64,000 bases of DNA from Oscillospiraceae bacterium (GTDB lineage: Bacteria; Bacillota; Clostridia; Oscillospirales; Oscillospiraceae): contig JAFXYD010000070.1 of assembly GCA_017541995.1 (NCBI GenBank), forward strand, positions 508-64,507, given 5' to 3'. Numbering within the stretch: the stretch's first letter is position 1; every line of letters starts with the position of its first letter. Of the stretch, positions 27,768 through 37,231 are shown piece by piece. The notes beneath the pieces are model-generated. The model was not told the origin of the DNA and did not search any database. It saw only the letters and a list, made by a program, of their open reading frames with translations. A program made the position numbers and the translations under genes.

Positions 27768-28599
27768 CCAGCGCCGCGGCCAGCAGGGGCAGCAGGGCTT
27801 CCAGCTCCGCCTGGGGGCCGCGCAATTCGAGGATGGTCACGGCGCCGTCCTCCTCCTTGGCCAGGGCGGCCCGGGAGGCATCGCCCTGCGGGGCGGGACC
27901 CCAGCAGCGCAGGGCGCCGTCGTCGGCCCTCCGGCATTCGGCGTAGTCCGCGGCGGCCTGGTTGAGAAAGCGGTCTGTGATCCAGTCAGAGCCCCTGTGG
28001 ACGTTCAGCCACAGATTGGTTTCACCGCAGCCCAGTTGGGTACGCAGGCTGTATTCCAGCAGGGTCCGGGAGCCCTCCACGCTGTCCGGAAGGCTGAGGG
28101 GCAGGCCGCTCTGCTCCAGGGCAGCGACGGTTTGAAGGTAGGCCGCGTCCCGGGAGGCGTCCTGCCGGGCGCTGCGAAGCTGATAGCCGAAGAGCAGGAA
28201 GGCCGCAGCCACGCAGAGGATCATCATGGCGCTTCCCAGCTTTTTGCTGCGCTCGGACCAGTGCTCCCGGCGGCGCTTCAGCAGCCGGTGAACCAGCACG
28301 GCTCCAAAGCCCAGCAGATAGGGAATGGCTGCCACGCTGACGAAGAGCAGGTTGCTTCGGAGCTCCTCCAGGGAGGCAGCCCCGGGGAAGCAGAGGCTGC
28401 GGATCAGGGTATAGAGGCAGAACAGGCCGATGAGGGACAGCATGCTCAGCAGAAACACGCTGCCCATCCGGCGGCTCTTTTCCTGGTTTTCCGCCCGCTG
28501 CTGCCGGAGGCTCTGCTCCTGGGCGGCCTGGGCCCGGGCCTTCTTCAGCGCCTGTTTGTTGACCGCATAGCGAATATCTCCGCTCTGTTTCTTTGCCAT
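27763..28599 (-). CDS. hypothetical membrane protein
   Basis: Start chosen at MAKKQSGDIRY (28599), just after the pepT stop. Four predicted TM helices. No recognised family. Confidence 0.5.
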   Translation of the reverse strand: MAKKQSGDIRYAVNKQALKKARAQAAQEQSLRQQRAENQEKSRRMGSVFLLSMLSLIGLFCLYTLIRSLCFPGAASLEELRSNLLFVSVAAIPYLLGFGAVLVHRLLKRRREHWSERSKKLGSAMMILCVAAAFLLFGYQLRSARQDASRDAAYLQTVAALEQSGLPLSLPDSVEGSRTLLEYSLRTQLGCGETNLWLNVHRGSDWITDRFLNQAAADYAECRRADDGALRCWGPAPQGDASRAALAKEEDGAVTILELRGPQAELEALLPLLAAALG

Positions 28600-28609
28600 G
28601 ACGGAGCCC

Positions 28610-29845
28610 TCAGCGCTTGGTGAGATGGATGAGAATTTCCACGTTCTTGGCCATGGAGCCCACGGGGACGAACTCAAAGCGCCCGTGGGCGTTCTCGTAG
28701 CCCGCGGAGAGATTGGGGCAGGGCAGTCCCCGGAAGCTCAGAGAGGAGCCGTCGGTGCCGCCCCGGAAGGGCTCGGACCTGGGCTCCAGCCCGGCGGCCC
28801 GGATGGCCTCCTCCAGATCCTCCACCAGGAAGGGATAGGCGGAGAGCACCTCGCCCATGTTGCGGTACTGCTGGCGGAGCTCCACCGTCACCCGTTCCTC
28901 CCCCAGCCGCTCGTTGAGCATCCTGGCGTAGAGCTGCAGCATGTCCTGCCGGACCTGGAACTGCATCGCGTCAAAGTCCCGGATGATGAGGCGAATTTCG
29001 GCCTTCTCGCAGTCGGCCTGCACGGAAGTCACGTAGTAGAAGCCCTCGGTGCCGGAGCTGTACTGGGGCTTCTCCTGCCGGGGCAGGCTGGAGAGAAAGT
29101 CCCCGGCCAGATCCGCTGCATTGATCATGATGCCCTTGGCTGTGGCGGGGTGGACGCTGCGGCCTGTGATGCGGACCAGGGCCTCGGCGGCGTTGAAGGT
29201 CTGATCCTGATACCAGCCCAGGTGGTCGCCGTCGACGGTATAGGCAAACTTGGCCCCCAGCTTGTCCAGATCCAGATCCCGGGCCAGGCCCCCCACCTCC
29301 TCGTCGGGGGTGAAGGCCAGGCAGATGCTGCGGTGGGGCTGCTCCGGGTGGTCGGCGTAGAACTCCGCCAGGGTCATCAGAGCCGCGATGGCGGCCTTGT
29401 CGTCGCCGCCCAGCAGGGTGGTGCCGTCGGTGAGCACCAGATCCTGGCCGACGTACTGCTCCAGATTGGGGTAGTCCGCCGCGTGCATGACGATGTTTTC
29501 TTCTTTGTTCAGCACAATGTCGCCGCCGGGGTAGGCCCGCAGCACCCAGGGCTTCACGTCCCGGCCCTTTACGTCGGGAGCGGTGTCCAGGTGGGCGATG
29601 AGGGCGATGGGCCGATCCTCCGTCACGTGGGCGGCGGGGAGCCAGCCGTAGACCAGGCAGTGCGCCTCGTCGTACCAGGCCCGGATGCCCAGGGCGTGAA
29701 GCTCCTTGTAGAGCAGCTTCGCCAGATCCCGCTGGCAGTCGGTGGTGGGCCATACGCCCTCATAACGGCCGGACTGGGTGGTGACGGCGGCATAGCGCAG
29801 CAGCCGATCCTCTGTCTGCCGGTAAAACTCGGGATGTTCAACCAT
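28610..29845 (-). CDS. pepT: peptidase T (tripeptide aminopeptidase, M20B)
   Basis: IALIAHLDTAPD, GGDDKAAIAALM, FTPDEEVG, GGTDGS motifs. 411 aa. Confidence 0.85.
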   Translation of the reverse strand: MVEHPEFYRQTEDRLLRYAAVTTQSGRYEGVWPTTDCQRDLAKLLYKELHALGIRAWYDEAHCLVYGWLPAAHVTEDRPIALIAHLDTAPDVKGRDVKPWVLRAYPGGDIVLNKEENIVMHAADYPNLEQYVGQDLVLTDGTTLLGGDDKAAIAALMTLAEFYADHPEQPHRSICLAFTPDEEVGGLARDLDLDKLGAKFAYTVDGDHLGWYQDQTFNAAEALVRITGRSVHPATAKGIMINAADLAGDFLSSLPRQEKPQYSSGTEGFYYVTSVQADCEKAEIRLIIRDFDAMQFQVRQDMLQLYARMLNERLGEERVTVELRQQYRNMGEVLSAYPFLVEDLEEAIRAAGLEPRSEPFRGGTDGSSLSFRGLPCPNLSAGYENAHGRFEFVPVGSMAKNVEILIHLTKR

Positions 29846-29933
29846 ATCTGTATTCCTCCGAAGGATGCATTCTTTTTCATTGTATTGCAGCTTTATTCTA
29901 TTATTATAATGGAAGCCGCGGGAAAAGTCAATG

Positions 29934-31238
29934 TCAATCCGCAGCCTGGCATAGGGCGGGATCCGCCAGCACAGTCAGCAGCCTGCGCAGGCTCAGAAAG
30001 AAATTCACCAGATGGGACAGGCAGTAGGTGAAGACGTAGCCCCCCATGCCGAAGACAGGCAGCAGCAGCCAGAGCCCCAGCACGTCGATGACGTTGGTGA
30101 AGCTGTTGCAGCGCACCAGATACAGCTGCTGGCCCAGCCCCTTTTGCAGGCCGTCCACCATGGCGTCGGGGTAGAGAAAGAGCACCATGGGGGCGAAGAT
30201 CCGCAGATAGCGTCCCGCCTGGTCGCTGCCGAAGAGGGCCCGGCCCAGGAGGCCGCCCCCCAGCCAGAGCAGAGCGCAGACGCCCAGGGCGTAGAGGGCC
30301 GTGAGGAGCAGACTTTTCCGCACCAGGGCCCGCAGCCGCCGCCGCTCGCCCCGGGCCGTCAGCCGGGAGAGCTCCGAAATCAGCAGCTCGCTCAGGGAAA
30401 ACAGCAGCTCCGCCGGAAACCAGAGCAGGGGAAAGACCATGCCGGAGACGGTTCCGTAGGCCGCCAGGGCGGCGGAGCGGGAGCCGCTTGCCTCCAGACC
30501 CCGGGGGATCAGAAACTGCTCCACAGAGCCCAGACCGGAGCGGAGGCAGTCGTTGAGCCCCAGGGGCAGGGCCAGCTCCGACACCCGGGGCAGAGGGCCC
30601 CGGGGCGGCAGGCTCCGCAGCAGCCGCAGATACAAAACGAGAAAGCAGAGGGCCCCGGTGCCGTAGGAGCCCGCGATGACGGCCCGGCAGGCCCGGGCGG
30701 GGTCGGGCCCCGCGGCGGCCAGCAGCAGGAGGGTGAGCCCCAGGCTGAGGCCCCGTTCCGCCAGCTCCACCGCCACCAGCTCCCGCAGCCGCCCGCAGGC
30801 GGTGAAGGCCGCCCGGACGCAGCCCGCCAGAATGGGCCAGGGCAGCAGCAGGCCCAGCAGTCTCAGGGCCGGGGCCGTCCGGGAATCCCGCAGCAGAAGG
30901 AGACTGACGGGCCCTGCCAGCAGGATCAGCCCCGCCCCCACGGCGGCGCTGCACAGCAGGGCATAGCGCAGGCAGGCAAAGAGGGCAGCGCCCACGCCCG
31001 CCCCGTCCCCCCGGCCCCAGGCCCGGGCCGTGAGCTGCAGGGCCGCCGTCCGGGCTCCGGCGGCCCCCAGGGTCCCGGCGAAGCCTCCCACCGTGAGAAT
31101 CAGCTGCAAAAGCCCCATGCCCTCGGCCCCCACCCGGGTTGCCAGCAGGGACTGAAACAGCAGTCCCAGCCCCCGCAGCGCCAGGCCGCTGAGGGTCAGC
31201 AGCAGGGTGCCCTTCACCAGCGTCCGTCCCTTGCCCAT
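29934..31238 (-). CDS. MOP-superfamily oligosaccharide flippase (SpoVB/polysaccharide biosynthesis protein-like)
   Basis: N-terminus MGKGRTLVKGTLLLTLSGLALRGLGLLFQSLLATRVGAEGMGL, about 12 TM helices. Confidence 0.65.
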   Translation of the reverse strand: MGKGRTLVKGTLLLTLSGLALRGLGLLFQSLLATRVGAEGMGLLQLILTVGGFAGTLGAAGARTAALQLTARAWGRGDGAGVGAALFACLRYALLCSAAVGAGLILLAGPVSLLLLRDSRTAPALRLLGLLLPWPILAGCVRAAFTACGRLRELVAVELAERGLSLGLTLLLLAAAGPDPARACRAVIAGSYGTGALCFLVLYLRLLRSLPPRGPLPRVSELALPLGLNDCLRSGLGSVEQFLIPRGLEASGSRSAALAAYGTVSGMVFPLLWFPAELLFSLSELLISELSRLTARGERRRLRALVRKSLLLTALYALGVCALLWLGGGLLGRALFGSDQAGRYLRIFAPMVLFLYPDAMVDGLQKGLGQQLYLVRCNSFTNVIDVLGLWLLLPVFGMGGYVFTYCLSHLVNFFLSLRRLLTVLADPALCQAAD

Positions 31239-31277
31239 GGCATCCCCTCCCCGGACAGCCTATGCGCCGCCGGGAGC

Positions 31278-31445
31278 GGAAATGCGCAAATCGGGATTTG
31301 GCGAGTTCTCGCAAACGTCCGGTAGCGGCGCACATTGCAAACGCCCTGTAGCGGCGCACACCAGTGCGCCACGAGACCGGGTTCCGGTGGCGCACTGGTG
31401 TGCGCCGCTACGGGAGCGTTTTGCCAAATCCGAATTCGCGCATCG
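31278..31445. repeat. mosaic palindromic element, copy A (core IR 31348-31411)
   Basis: GTAGCGGCGCACACCAGTGCGCCAC-GAGACCGGGTTCC-GTGGCGCACTGGTGTGCGCCGCTAC, flanked by CAAATCGGGATTTGG and CAAATCCGAATTCG modules. There is also an extra half arm at 31322. Confidence 0.9.
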
Positions 31446-31506
31446 GTATAGAACCGGTGACTGGTGGACATACTCCCTGTAAAACCAAATATTGGGAGGA
31501 ATCGTA

Positions 31507-32097
31507 ATGAATCTGCAAAACACGAAAACCCTGGAAAATCTGATGCGGGCCTTTGCCGGGGAGAGCCTGGCCCGGAACCGCTACAGCTTCGCGGCGGAGC
31601 AGGCGGAGCGCGACGGTCTGCCGGTGATCGCCGCGGTGTTCCGCTACACCGCGGACCAGGAAAAGGAGCACGCCCAGGTCTTCGCCGACTTTCTGCGGAA
31701 GGGCGGCCGGGACAATCCGGAGCTCAGCGGCGGCTTCCCGGTGGACACCGCCGCCGACACCCTCTCCCTGCTGACGGCCGCCGCCCGGAATGAGGCGAAG
31801 GAGCATGAGGAGATCTACCCCGCCTTCGCCGCCGTGGCCCGGGACGAGGGCTTCGGGGAGATTGCCCGGAAGCTGGAGCTCATCGCCCAGGTGGAGCAGT
31901 GCCACGCGGGCCGCTTTGAGGCCTTCCGCCGTCTGCTGGCGGAGCACAAGCTCTTCGCCTCCGACCTGGACTGCGCCTGGATCTGCCTGAACTGCGGTCA
32001 CGAGTTCAGCGCCAAGGCCGCCCCCGAGCACTGCCCCGTCTGCGGGGAGGCGGGCTTCTTCATCCGGGTGGAGATGTCGCCGTATTCGTATCAGTGA
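31507..32097 (+). CDS. rubrerythrin
   Basis: Ferritin-like ExxH motifs, C-terminal rubredoxin-like CLNCGHEF...CPVCG. GGGAGG RBS before ATG 31507. Confidence 0.85.
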   Translation: MNLQNTKTLENLMRAFAGESLARNRYSFAAEQAERDGLPVIAAVFRYTADQEKEHAQVFADFLRKGGRDNPELSGGFPVDTAADTLSLLTAAARNEAKEHEEIYPAFAAVARDEGFGEIARKLELIAQVEQCHAGRFEAFRRLLAEHKLFASDLDCAWICLNCGHEFSAKAAPEHCPVCGEAGFFIRVEMSPYSYQ

Positions 32098-32103
32098 CAG
32101 ACG

Positions 32104-32240
32104 GAGACAAATTCGGATTTGTCGAGACGTTCCCGTAGCGGCGCACACCAGTGCGCCACGAGACCGGGTTCCAGTGGCGCACTGGTGTGCGCCGCTACCG
32201 GACGTTTGCGAGAACTCGCCAAATCCCGATTTGCACAAAC
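32104..32240. repeat. mosaic palindromic element, copy B (core IR 32135-32198), inverted relative to copy A
   Basis: Same 25-bp arms and spacer as copy A. Right flank GTGCGCCGCTACCGGACGTTTGCGAGAACTCGCCAAATCCCGATTTGC is the exact reverse complement of the left flank of copy A. Confidence 0.9.
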
Positions 32241-32283
32241 GCAAGAGGCAGCGGTTTCGCTGCCTCTTGCGCTGCTTTTCTGT

Positions 32284-32958
32284 TCAGAAGGTGACCTCTC
32301 CGTCGTGGGCGACGATGGAGCAGGAGCGGGTGCCCGCCAGGGCCATGACGGCGGCGCTGAGGGCGGCCTCATCGGCGCTGCGGAGCTCCACAATGAGATC
32401 CAGCTGCTCCGGGGTCAGGCTCCGGGACTTCACCACCGCGGCCTTGCTGTGCCGTGCGGCGGTCTCCAGGATCTTCGCCTCGGCGTGGAGGTCGCTGCTG
32501 CTCACCAGCAGCAGCACCGGGGCCTTGGCCACCGGCAGGGCGTTGAAGATCCACAGCAGCAGCGACAGCACCAGGCTCACCAGCACGGCCACCAGGGCCA
32601 GGCCCGCCCCGCAGATGATGCCCACGGAGATGGCCCAGAAGAGGAAGATCAGATCCAGGGGATCCTTGATGGCGGTGCGGAAGCGGACGATGGACAGGGC
32701 GCCCACCATGCCCAGGGAGATCACCACGTTGGACTGCACCGTGAGGATCACCGCCGCGGTGATCTCCGCCAGCCCGATGAGGGCGATGCTGAAATTCTTG
32801 TTGAAAAAGGCCTTGCGGCAGAGGAAACGGTAGGCGAAGAAGATGTAGATGCCCAAAAGGCCCGCGATCAGCAGGCAGGCCAGAATGGTGGTGGTGGTAA
32901 TCTCGCCGGAGGCGTAGCCCTCCAGAAAGGATTTCTTGAAAATGTCGCCGGTGCTCAT
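32284..32958 (-). CDS. DUF4956 domain-containing membrane protein
   Basis: ATGA overlap with the VTC gene stop, TM-rich N-terminal half, conserved partner of VTC/CotH genes. Confidence 0.65.
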   Translation of the reverse strand: MSTGDIFKKSFLEGYASGEITTTTILACLLIAGLLGIYIFFAYRFLCRKAFFNKNFSIALIGLAEITAAVILTVQSNVVISLGMVGALSIVRFRTAIKDPLDLIFLFWAISVGIICGAGLALVAVLVSLVLSLLLWIFNALPVAKAPVLLLVSSSDLHAEAKILETAARHSKAAVVKSRSLTPEQLDLIVELRSADEAALSAAVMALAGTRSCSIVAHDGEVTF

Positions 32959-33659
32959 AGCCGGATCCCTCCCGATGTGTTGTAGATTCTGCAGAGATGG
33001 TATTTGGAGAAGCTGCTCCACTGAAGTCCCTCCAGTTGGAGGGCGTCATACAGCCAGCTGGGCAGCAGCTGATCCCATTTGACCTCCAGCACGCCCTGCC
33101 CCGTGGGCAGAACCTGCCGCAGGGGAAGCTCCGGCCGGAAGAAGCGGCTCACGGCGTCGGAGGAGGCAATCTGCTCGTCCAGAGTGACGCGGACGTTGCC
33201 AACGTCCAGGATGAAGGGCCTGCGGCTGTATTGGACGATGACCTTCGGCCGCAGCACCCGCAGCCGCATGTCCGCCAGCATCCGCCGCAGCAGGGGCGGG
33301 TCCTGGGGCCCGGGGAAGGGAATCTGACCCCGCAACAGGGCCTCGGCCACGGGGCGGCGGACCGGAACCGCGTCCTTGTGGGTCATGCCCCGGAGCTTGG
33401 CCTTCCGCTCCAGGCTGATCCGGGCGTCGGACTCGTTGTAGATCCGCAGCCGGTACTTGGCCCGGGGATCGGTTCCGTCCTCGTTCTCCAGCAGGCAGCC
33501 GTCGCCGGGGTCGTCGAAGTAGACGCTGCGGACCCGGTAGCGCCCGTCGGGCCCCGCGTGGGGGTCGGGCCGCAGCAGGACTTCCAGCCGGGCCTGCTCC
33601 GTGCGCAGCTGCTGGCCGGTGCAGAGGTATTTGTATTCGTGGCGGAATTCTGCCGGCAT
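32955..33659 (-). CDS. VTC domain (polyphosphate polymerase-like, triphosphate tunnel) protein
   Basis: MPAEFRHEYKYLC ... YRVRSVYFDD ... LEVKW pattern typical of the CYTH/VTC fold. Confidence 0.7.
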   Translation of the reverse strand: MPAEFRHEYKYLCTGQQLRTEQARLEVLLRPDPHAGPDGRYRVRSVYFDDPGDGCLLENEDGTDPRAKYRLRIYNESDARISLERKAKLRGMTHKDAVPVRRPVAEALLRGQIPFPGPQDPPLLRRMLADMRLRVLRPKVIVQYSRRPFILDVGNVRVTLDEQIASSDAVSRFFRPELPLRQVLPTGQGVLEVKWDQLLPSWLYDALQLEGLQWSSFSKYHLCRIYNTSGGIRL

Positions 33660-33676
33660 GAAAGCCCTCCTTTCCC

Positions 33677-36274
33677 TTATTTTCGTTCAAAAACCGCGGT
33701 GACGGTAAGATCCCCGCCGGGGCTCAGCCCCAGATTCGGCGCCGTGCCCTCGGCGCCCTGCCAGCCGACGAAGCGCCAGCCCGGGGCGGGCTCCGCCGTG
33801 AGGGTCAGGGGCACGCCGCTGATCCAGACGCCCTTCCAGCCCTCCTCGGAGAGACTGACAGCCGCTCCGTTGAGGTGCAGACTGCCCCCCGCGGGGTCGG
33901 AGACGGAGAGCGCCAGGGCGCAGGACTGTCCCGGCAGCTCCAGCGCGTCGATGAGAATGTCCGCCGCGTAGGCGGGACGCTGGGTCAGAAATGAAATCCA
34001 GAAGCTGTCGTCGGTGACGCCCAGCTCCTCCAGCACAGCCCGGGCCCGCTCCGGGGTGAGCCGCAGATTCATCAGCTCCAGCCAGGTCCGGGTGAAGAGC
34101 GCCTTGAACTCCGGATTTTCCAGCAGATCCCGGAACAGGGGCATCTCAAAGAAGGGCTCCCCGGTATAGGGGGCGGGGTAGCGGAACAGATCGTAGCTGG
34201 CCCGGTCCGCCCCTTGAAAGGCGGAGCGGGTCCAGTAGCAGGCGTCCATGTCGTAGACCAGCCAGCGCCAGCGCCCGTCCAGAGCCCCCTGGCCTTCGGC
34301 GGAGCGGGTCCGCCAGAGCAGGTAGTTCTTGTACAGGCTCCAGTCGCTGTTGTTGCAGTAGAGATTGAAGGCGAAGTAGGCCGCGCAGCTTTCCACGTCG
34401 ATCTGGCGGCAGATCTCGGCGTAGACCGCCGGATCGGCGCAGTCGTGCCCGGCGATATAGTCCATCAAGGCCCGGTAGGCCTCGTAGTCCGCCTCGGTGC
34501 CCAGATCCAGCTTGTCGTCGCGGATGAGGATCAGCTCCTCCGGATCCGCGCCGTAGTGGGACTGGAAGTACTGCTTGTCGTAGCGCTCCCGCAGCCAGCT
34601 GTCGCAGTAGAATTCCCCGTTGACAAAGACCGCCGCGGGCACCGCGTCCAGGCCGCCCAGGTTCAGACCCTGGCTGAGCTTCTGGGCGATGACGTCCGCC
34701 GCGTCCTGCCGGGTGAAGAAGGAGTGGCTTTCCAGAGCGCCGAAGATGGGGGCGGAGAAGCAGTAGCTGCCGCTGTAGATGCCGCGGGAGATCAGCCGGA
34801 AGCGCTTGTAGACGCCCGCCCGGGAGCTGCCTCCCTGGAGGCGAACGCCGCAGGCCTCCTCCAGCCGCAGGCTGCCGGCGGGGTCAAAGAGGGAGACCAC
34901 CGCGTCCCGCTCCGCAATCCGGCCCTGGGCGTAAAAGGAGGGCCAGGGACTCTGCCCCTGGCCGCCGGCGGCCAGCCAGCGGTCGTATTCGATGCCCGTG
35001 ACGGCAATGCCGTAATCGCCGAAAAGGTCGTTGGGGGCGGCGGTGATGTTCAGCACGGACTTGCCCCCGTATCGGGCAAAGCGCTCCCCCACGAAGTAGA
35101 CCGCCGTGACGGTCCGGCTGAAATTGCCCTCGGCGTCAAAGGCGGCGGCCCGAAGCAGGGTGGCCTTGTCCACGGGCTCCGTGACCACGCCGCTGCGATC
35201 CAGGGTGGTGCTGGGGTGATTCAGCACCTGATTGGGCCGGTCTGAGATATCCGTCAGAGTCAGGGGCCCTTCATAGAGGGGGCTTTCCGCTGTGGGCAGA
35301 GCGCCGTCCAGGGTGTAGCGAATTTCCGTGCCGGGGGCGGCGCTGAGAGTCAGAAGCTGGTCTTCGGCATAGAAGCCGGAGGGGAGGCTGAAGACCGGCG
35401 CCTCCAGGCTGGGGGCCTTGTAGAGGAGGGCGTCCTCGTTTCCGGCTCCGGGCGTTCCCCTTGCCAGCACCCATTCGTCCTCCACCAGGCTCAGGCCAAT
35501 ATTTTTGATTTGCTCCGGCACCGTAACCCGGTCCAACAGGATCCCGCTGGGGGAGGAGAACCAGATGGTCTCCCCGGGATCCAGGGAGAAGTTCAGATGA
35601 ATGTCTGTCCCGCCGCGCTGGCCGGATTTGCCGCTGCCGTCGGCCCAGAGCAGGGCGCTGCCCCCGGGCTCCAGCAGAAGGGAGGGCAGCCGGAAGCGGC
35701 CGCGCTTTTTGCCGTTGTCAGAGAGAAAATATCCCGCCAGATCCACGGTCTCCTCCCCGGTATTTATAATCTCCAGATAGTCGCAGTAGTCTCCGCTGTC
35801 CGGATCCGGCAGCAGGGTGAAGTTGGCGCAGCAGAGCTCGCTGAGCCGCAGGGGAGAGGGGGGCAGCGTCCCCGCCAGCAGGGCGCAGCCCAGGCTCAGA
35901 AGCAGGGGAAGCAGCACCAGAGCGAGCCCGACCCTGCGCCGCAGGGGGCGTTCCAGCACCCGGCGGAAGAAGGGCCGGAGGCCGCCGCAGCGCAAAGAGC
36001 CCGCGGCCAGGCCCAGGGGGGCGCAGAGCAGAAGCAGCAGGACGCAGCCCGTCAGCTTGGAGAGCTGATCCGGGAAGAAGCGATCCAGGGCGGCCCGGGG
36101 CTCCCGGGTTCCCGCCAGCAGGAGGACGGCCCCAAAGAAAAGCGCCAGAGCGCTCAGAGCCAGCAGCAGCCCCGTGAAAAGGCTGCCCCGCAGCTTCCCG
36201 GGCCTGTGGGAGAGCAGGGCCCAGAGGCAGGCCCCCAGGCAGGCGGCGGCCGCCAGCAGAATATAAAAGATCAA
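33677..36274 (-). CDS. CotH kinase family protein with N-terminal TM segments and lamin-tail domain
   Basis: LTD-like LRLSELCCAN...DYLEIINTGEETVDLAGYFLSD. Long CotH-like central region. 865 aa. Confidence 0.7.
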   Translation of the reverse strand: MIFYILLAAAACLGACLWALLSHRPGKLRGSLFTGLLLALSALALFFGAVLLLAGTREPRAALDRFFPDQLSKLTGCVLLLLLCAPLGLAAGSLRCGGLRPFFRRVLERPLRRRVGLALVLLPLLLSLGCALLAGTLPPSPLRLSELCCANFTLLPDPDSGDYCDYLEIINTGEETVDLAGYFLSDNGKKRGRFRLPSLLLEPGGSALLWADGSGKSGQRGGTDIHLNFSLDPGETIWFSSPSGILLDRVTVPEQIKNIGLSLVEDEWVLARGTPGAGNEDALLYKAPSLEAPVFSLPSGFYAEDQLLTLSAAPGTEIRYTLDGALPTAESPLYEGPLTLTDISDRPNQVLNHPSTTLDRSGVVTEPVDKATLLRAAAFDAEGNFSRTVTAVYFVGERFARYGGKSVLNITAAPNDLFGDYGIAVTGIEYDRWLAAGGQGQSPWPSFYAQGRIAERDAVVSLFDPAGSLRLEEACGVRLQGGSSRAGVYKRFRLISRGIYSGSYCFSAPIFGALESHSFFTRQDAADVIAQKLSQGLNLGGLDAVPAAVFVNGEFYCDSWLRERYDKQYFQSHYGADPEELILIRDDKLDLGTEADYEAYRALMDYIAGHDCADPAVYAEICRQIDVESCAAYFAFNLYCNNSDWSLYKNYLLWRTRSAEGQGALDGRWRWLVYDMDACYWTRSAFQGADRASYDLFRYPAPYTGEPFFEMPLFRDLLENPEFKALFTRTWLELMNLRLTPERARAVLEELGVTDDSFWISFLTQRPAYAADILIDALELPGQSCALALSVSDPAGGSLHLNGAAVSLSEEGWKGVWISGVPLTLTAEPAPGWRFVGWQGAEGTAPNLGLSPGGDLTVTAVFERK

Positions 36275-36311
36275 GGGGCCGCCTCCTTCCCGCCGGGCTC
36301 TGCCCGGGCAA

Positions 36312-37217
36312 TCAGCCGTCTAAATACTTGCAGGCGTTCAGCGCCGCGGCGGCGCCGTCGGCCACGGCGGTGGCCACCTGACGCCAGGCCTTGGTGCGGC
36401 AGTCCCCGGCGGCGAAGACGCCCTGGGTGGCGGTGCGGCAGCTTTCGTCTGCCTTGATGTAGCCCGCCTCGTTCAGAGGGGCCAGGGCCGAGAAGGCCAG
36501 GTTCTCCGGCTCGGTGCCGATGGCCAGGAAGGCTCCGTCCACCTTCAGCAGTTCCTCCTGCCCGGTCTCGGTGTTCCGGATCCGCAGGCCCGTCAGATGA
36601 TCCTCCCCCTCGTAGCCCACGCAGAGGCTGGAGTAGAGAATCTCCACGTTGGGCCGGGCCTTGACCCGGTCGATCATCCGCTGCTCGCCGGTGAGGAAGG
36701 CCAGGTTCTGAACCACCGTCACCCTGGCGCAGGTCTCGGAGAGCAGGAGAATCTCCTGCAGGGCGGTGTTGCCTCCGCCGATGACGGCGGTGTGGGCCCC
36801 CTGGAAGAAGGCCCCGTCGCAGACGGCGCAGAAGGACAGGCCGCTGCCGACGAACTCCTCCTCCCGGGGCAGATTCAGGCGGCGGTGCCGGGCCCCGGCG
36901 GCGATGATGACAGCCCGGGCCTCGTAGCGGGCGTTTTCCCCGATGACGGTCTTGACGGGGCCGTTCTCGATGCCGGTGACCCTGTCCATGTCCACGTCGG
37001 CTCCCAGAGCCAGGGTCTGCTCCAGCATCCGCTGGGCCAGCTCGTTGCCGGAAATGCTCTCAAAGCCGGGATAGTTTTCCAGCTTGGGGGAGAAGGTGAT
37101 CTGCCCGCCGAAGCTGTCCTTCTCCAGCACCAGCACAGACTTCCCCGCCCGCCGGGCGTATATGGCGGCGGTGAGCCCCGCCGGGCCTGCGCCAACGATC
37201 AGAATGTCGTATATCAT
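36312..37217 (-). CDS. trxB: thioredoxin-disulfide reductase
   Basis: YDILIVGAGPAGLTAAIYA, redox CAVCDG, GGGNTA NADPH site. GGAGG is 5 nt before ATG 37217, and the listed N-terminal extension is repeat-encoded. Confidence 0.85.
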   Translation of the reverse strand: MIYDILIVGAGPAGLTAAIYARRAGKSVLVLEKDSFGGQITFSPKLENYPGFESISGNELAQRMLEQTLALGADVDMDRVTGIENGPVKTVIGENARYEARAVIIAAGARHRRLNLPREEEFVGSGLSFCAVCDGAFFQGAHTAVIGGGNTALQEILLLSETCARVTVVQNLAFLTGEQRMIDRVKARPNVEILYSSLCVGYEGEDHLTGLRIRNTETGQEELLKVDGAFLAIGTEPENLAFSALAPLNEAGYIKADESCRTATQGVFAAGDCRTKAWRQVATAVADGAAAALNACKYLDG

Positions 37218-37231
37218 ATGTTCCTCCATCA

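Noticed and set aside
31373-31385. Spacer GAGACCGGGTTCC of the palindromic core considered as a tRNA T-arm remnant (att site)
   Set aside because: Only a 6-7 nt resemblance to GGTTC-type T loops. There is no flanking tRNA-like structure or integrase.
29893-31395. 500-aa minus-strand ORF overlapping the flippase gene in another frame
   Set aside because: The translation is Arg/Gly/Pro-rich. The alternative frame (29934-31238) gives a coherent 12-TM MOP-type protein.
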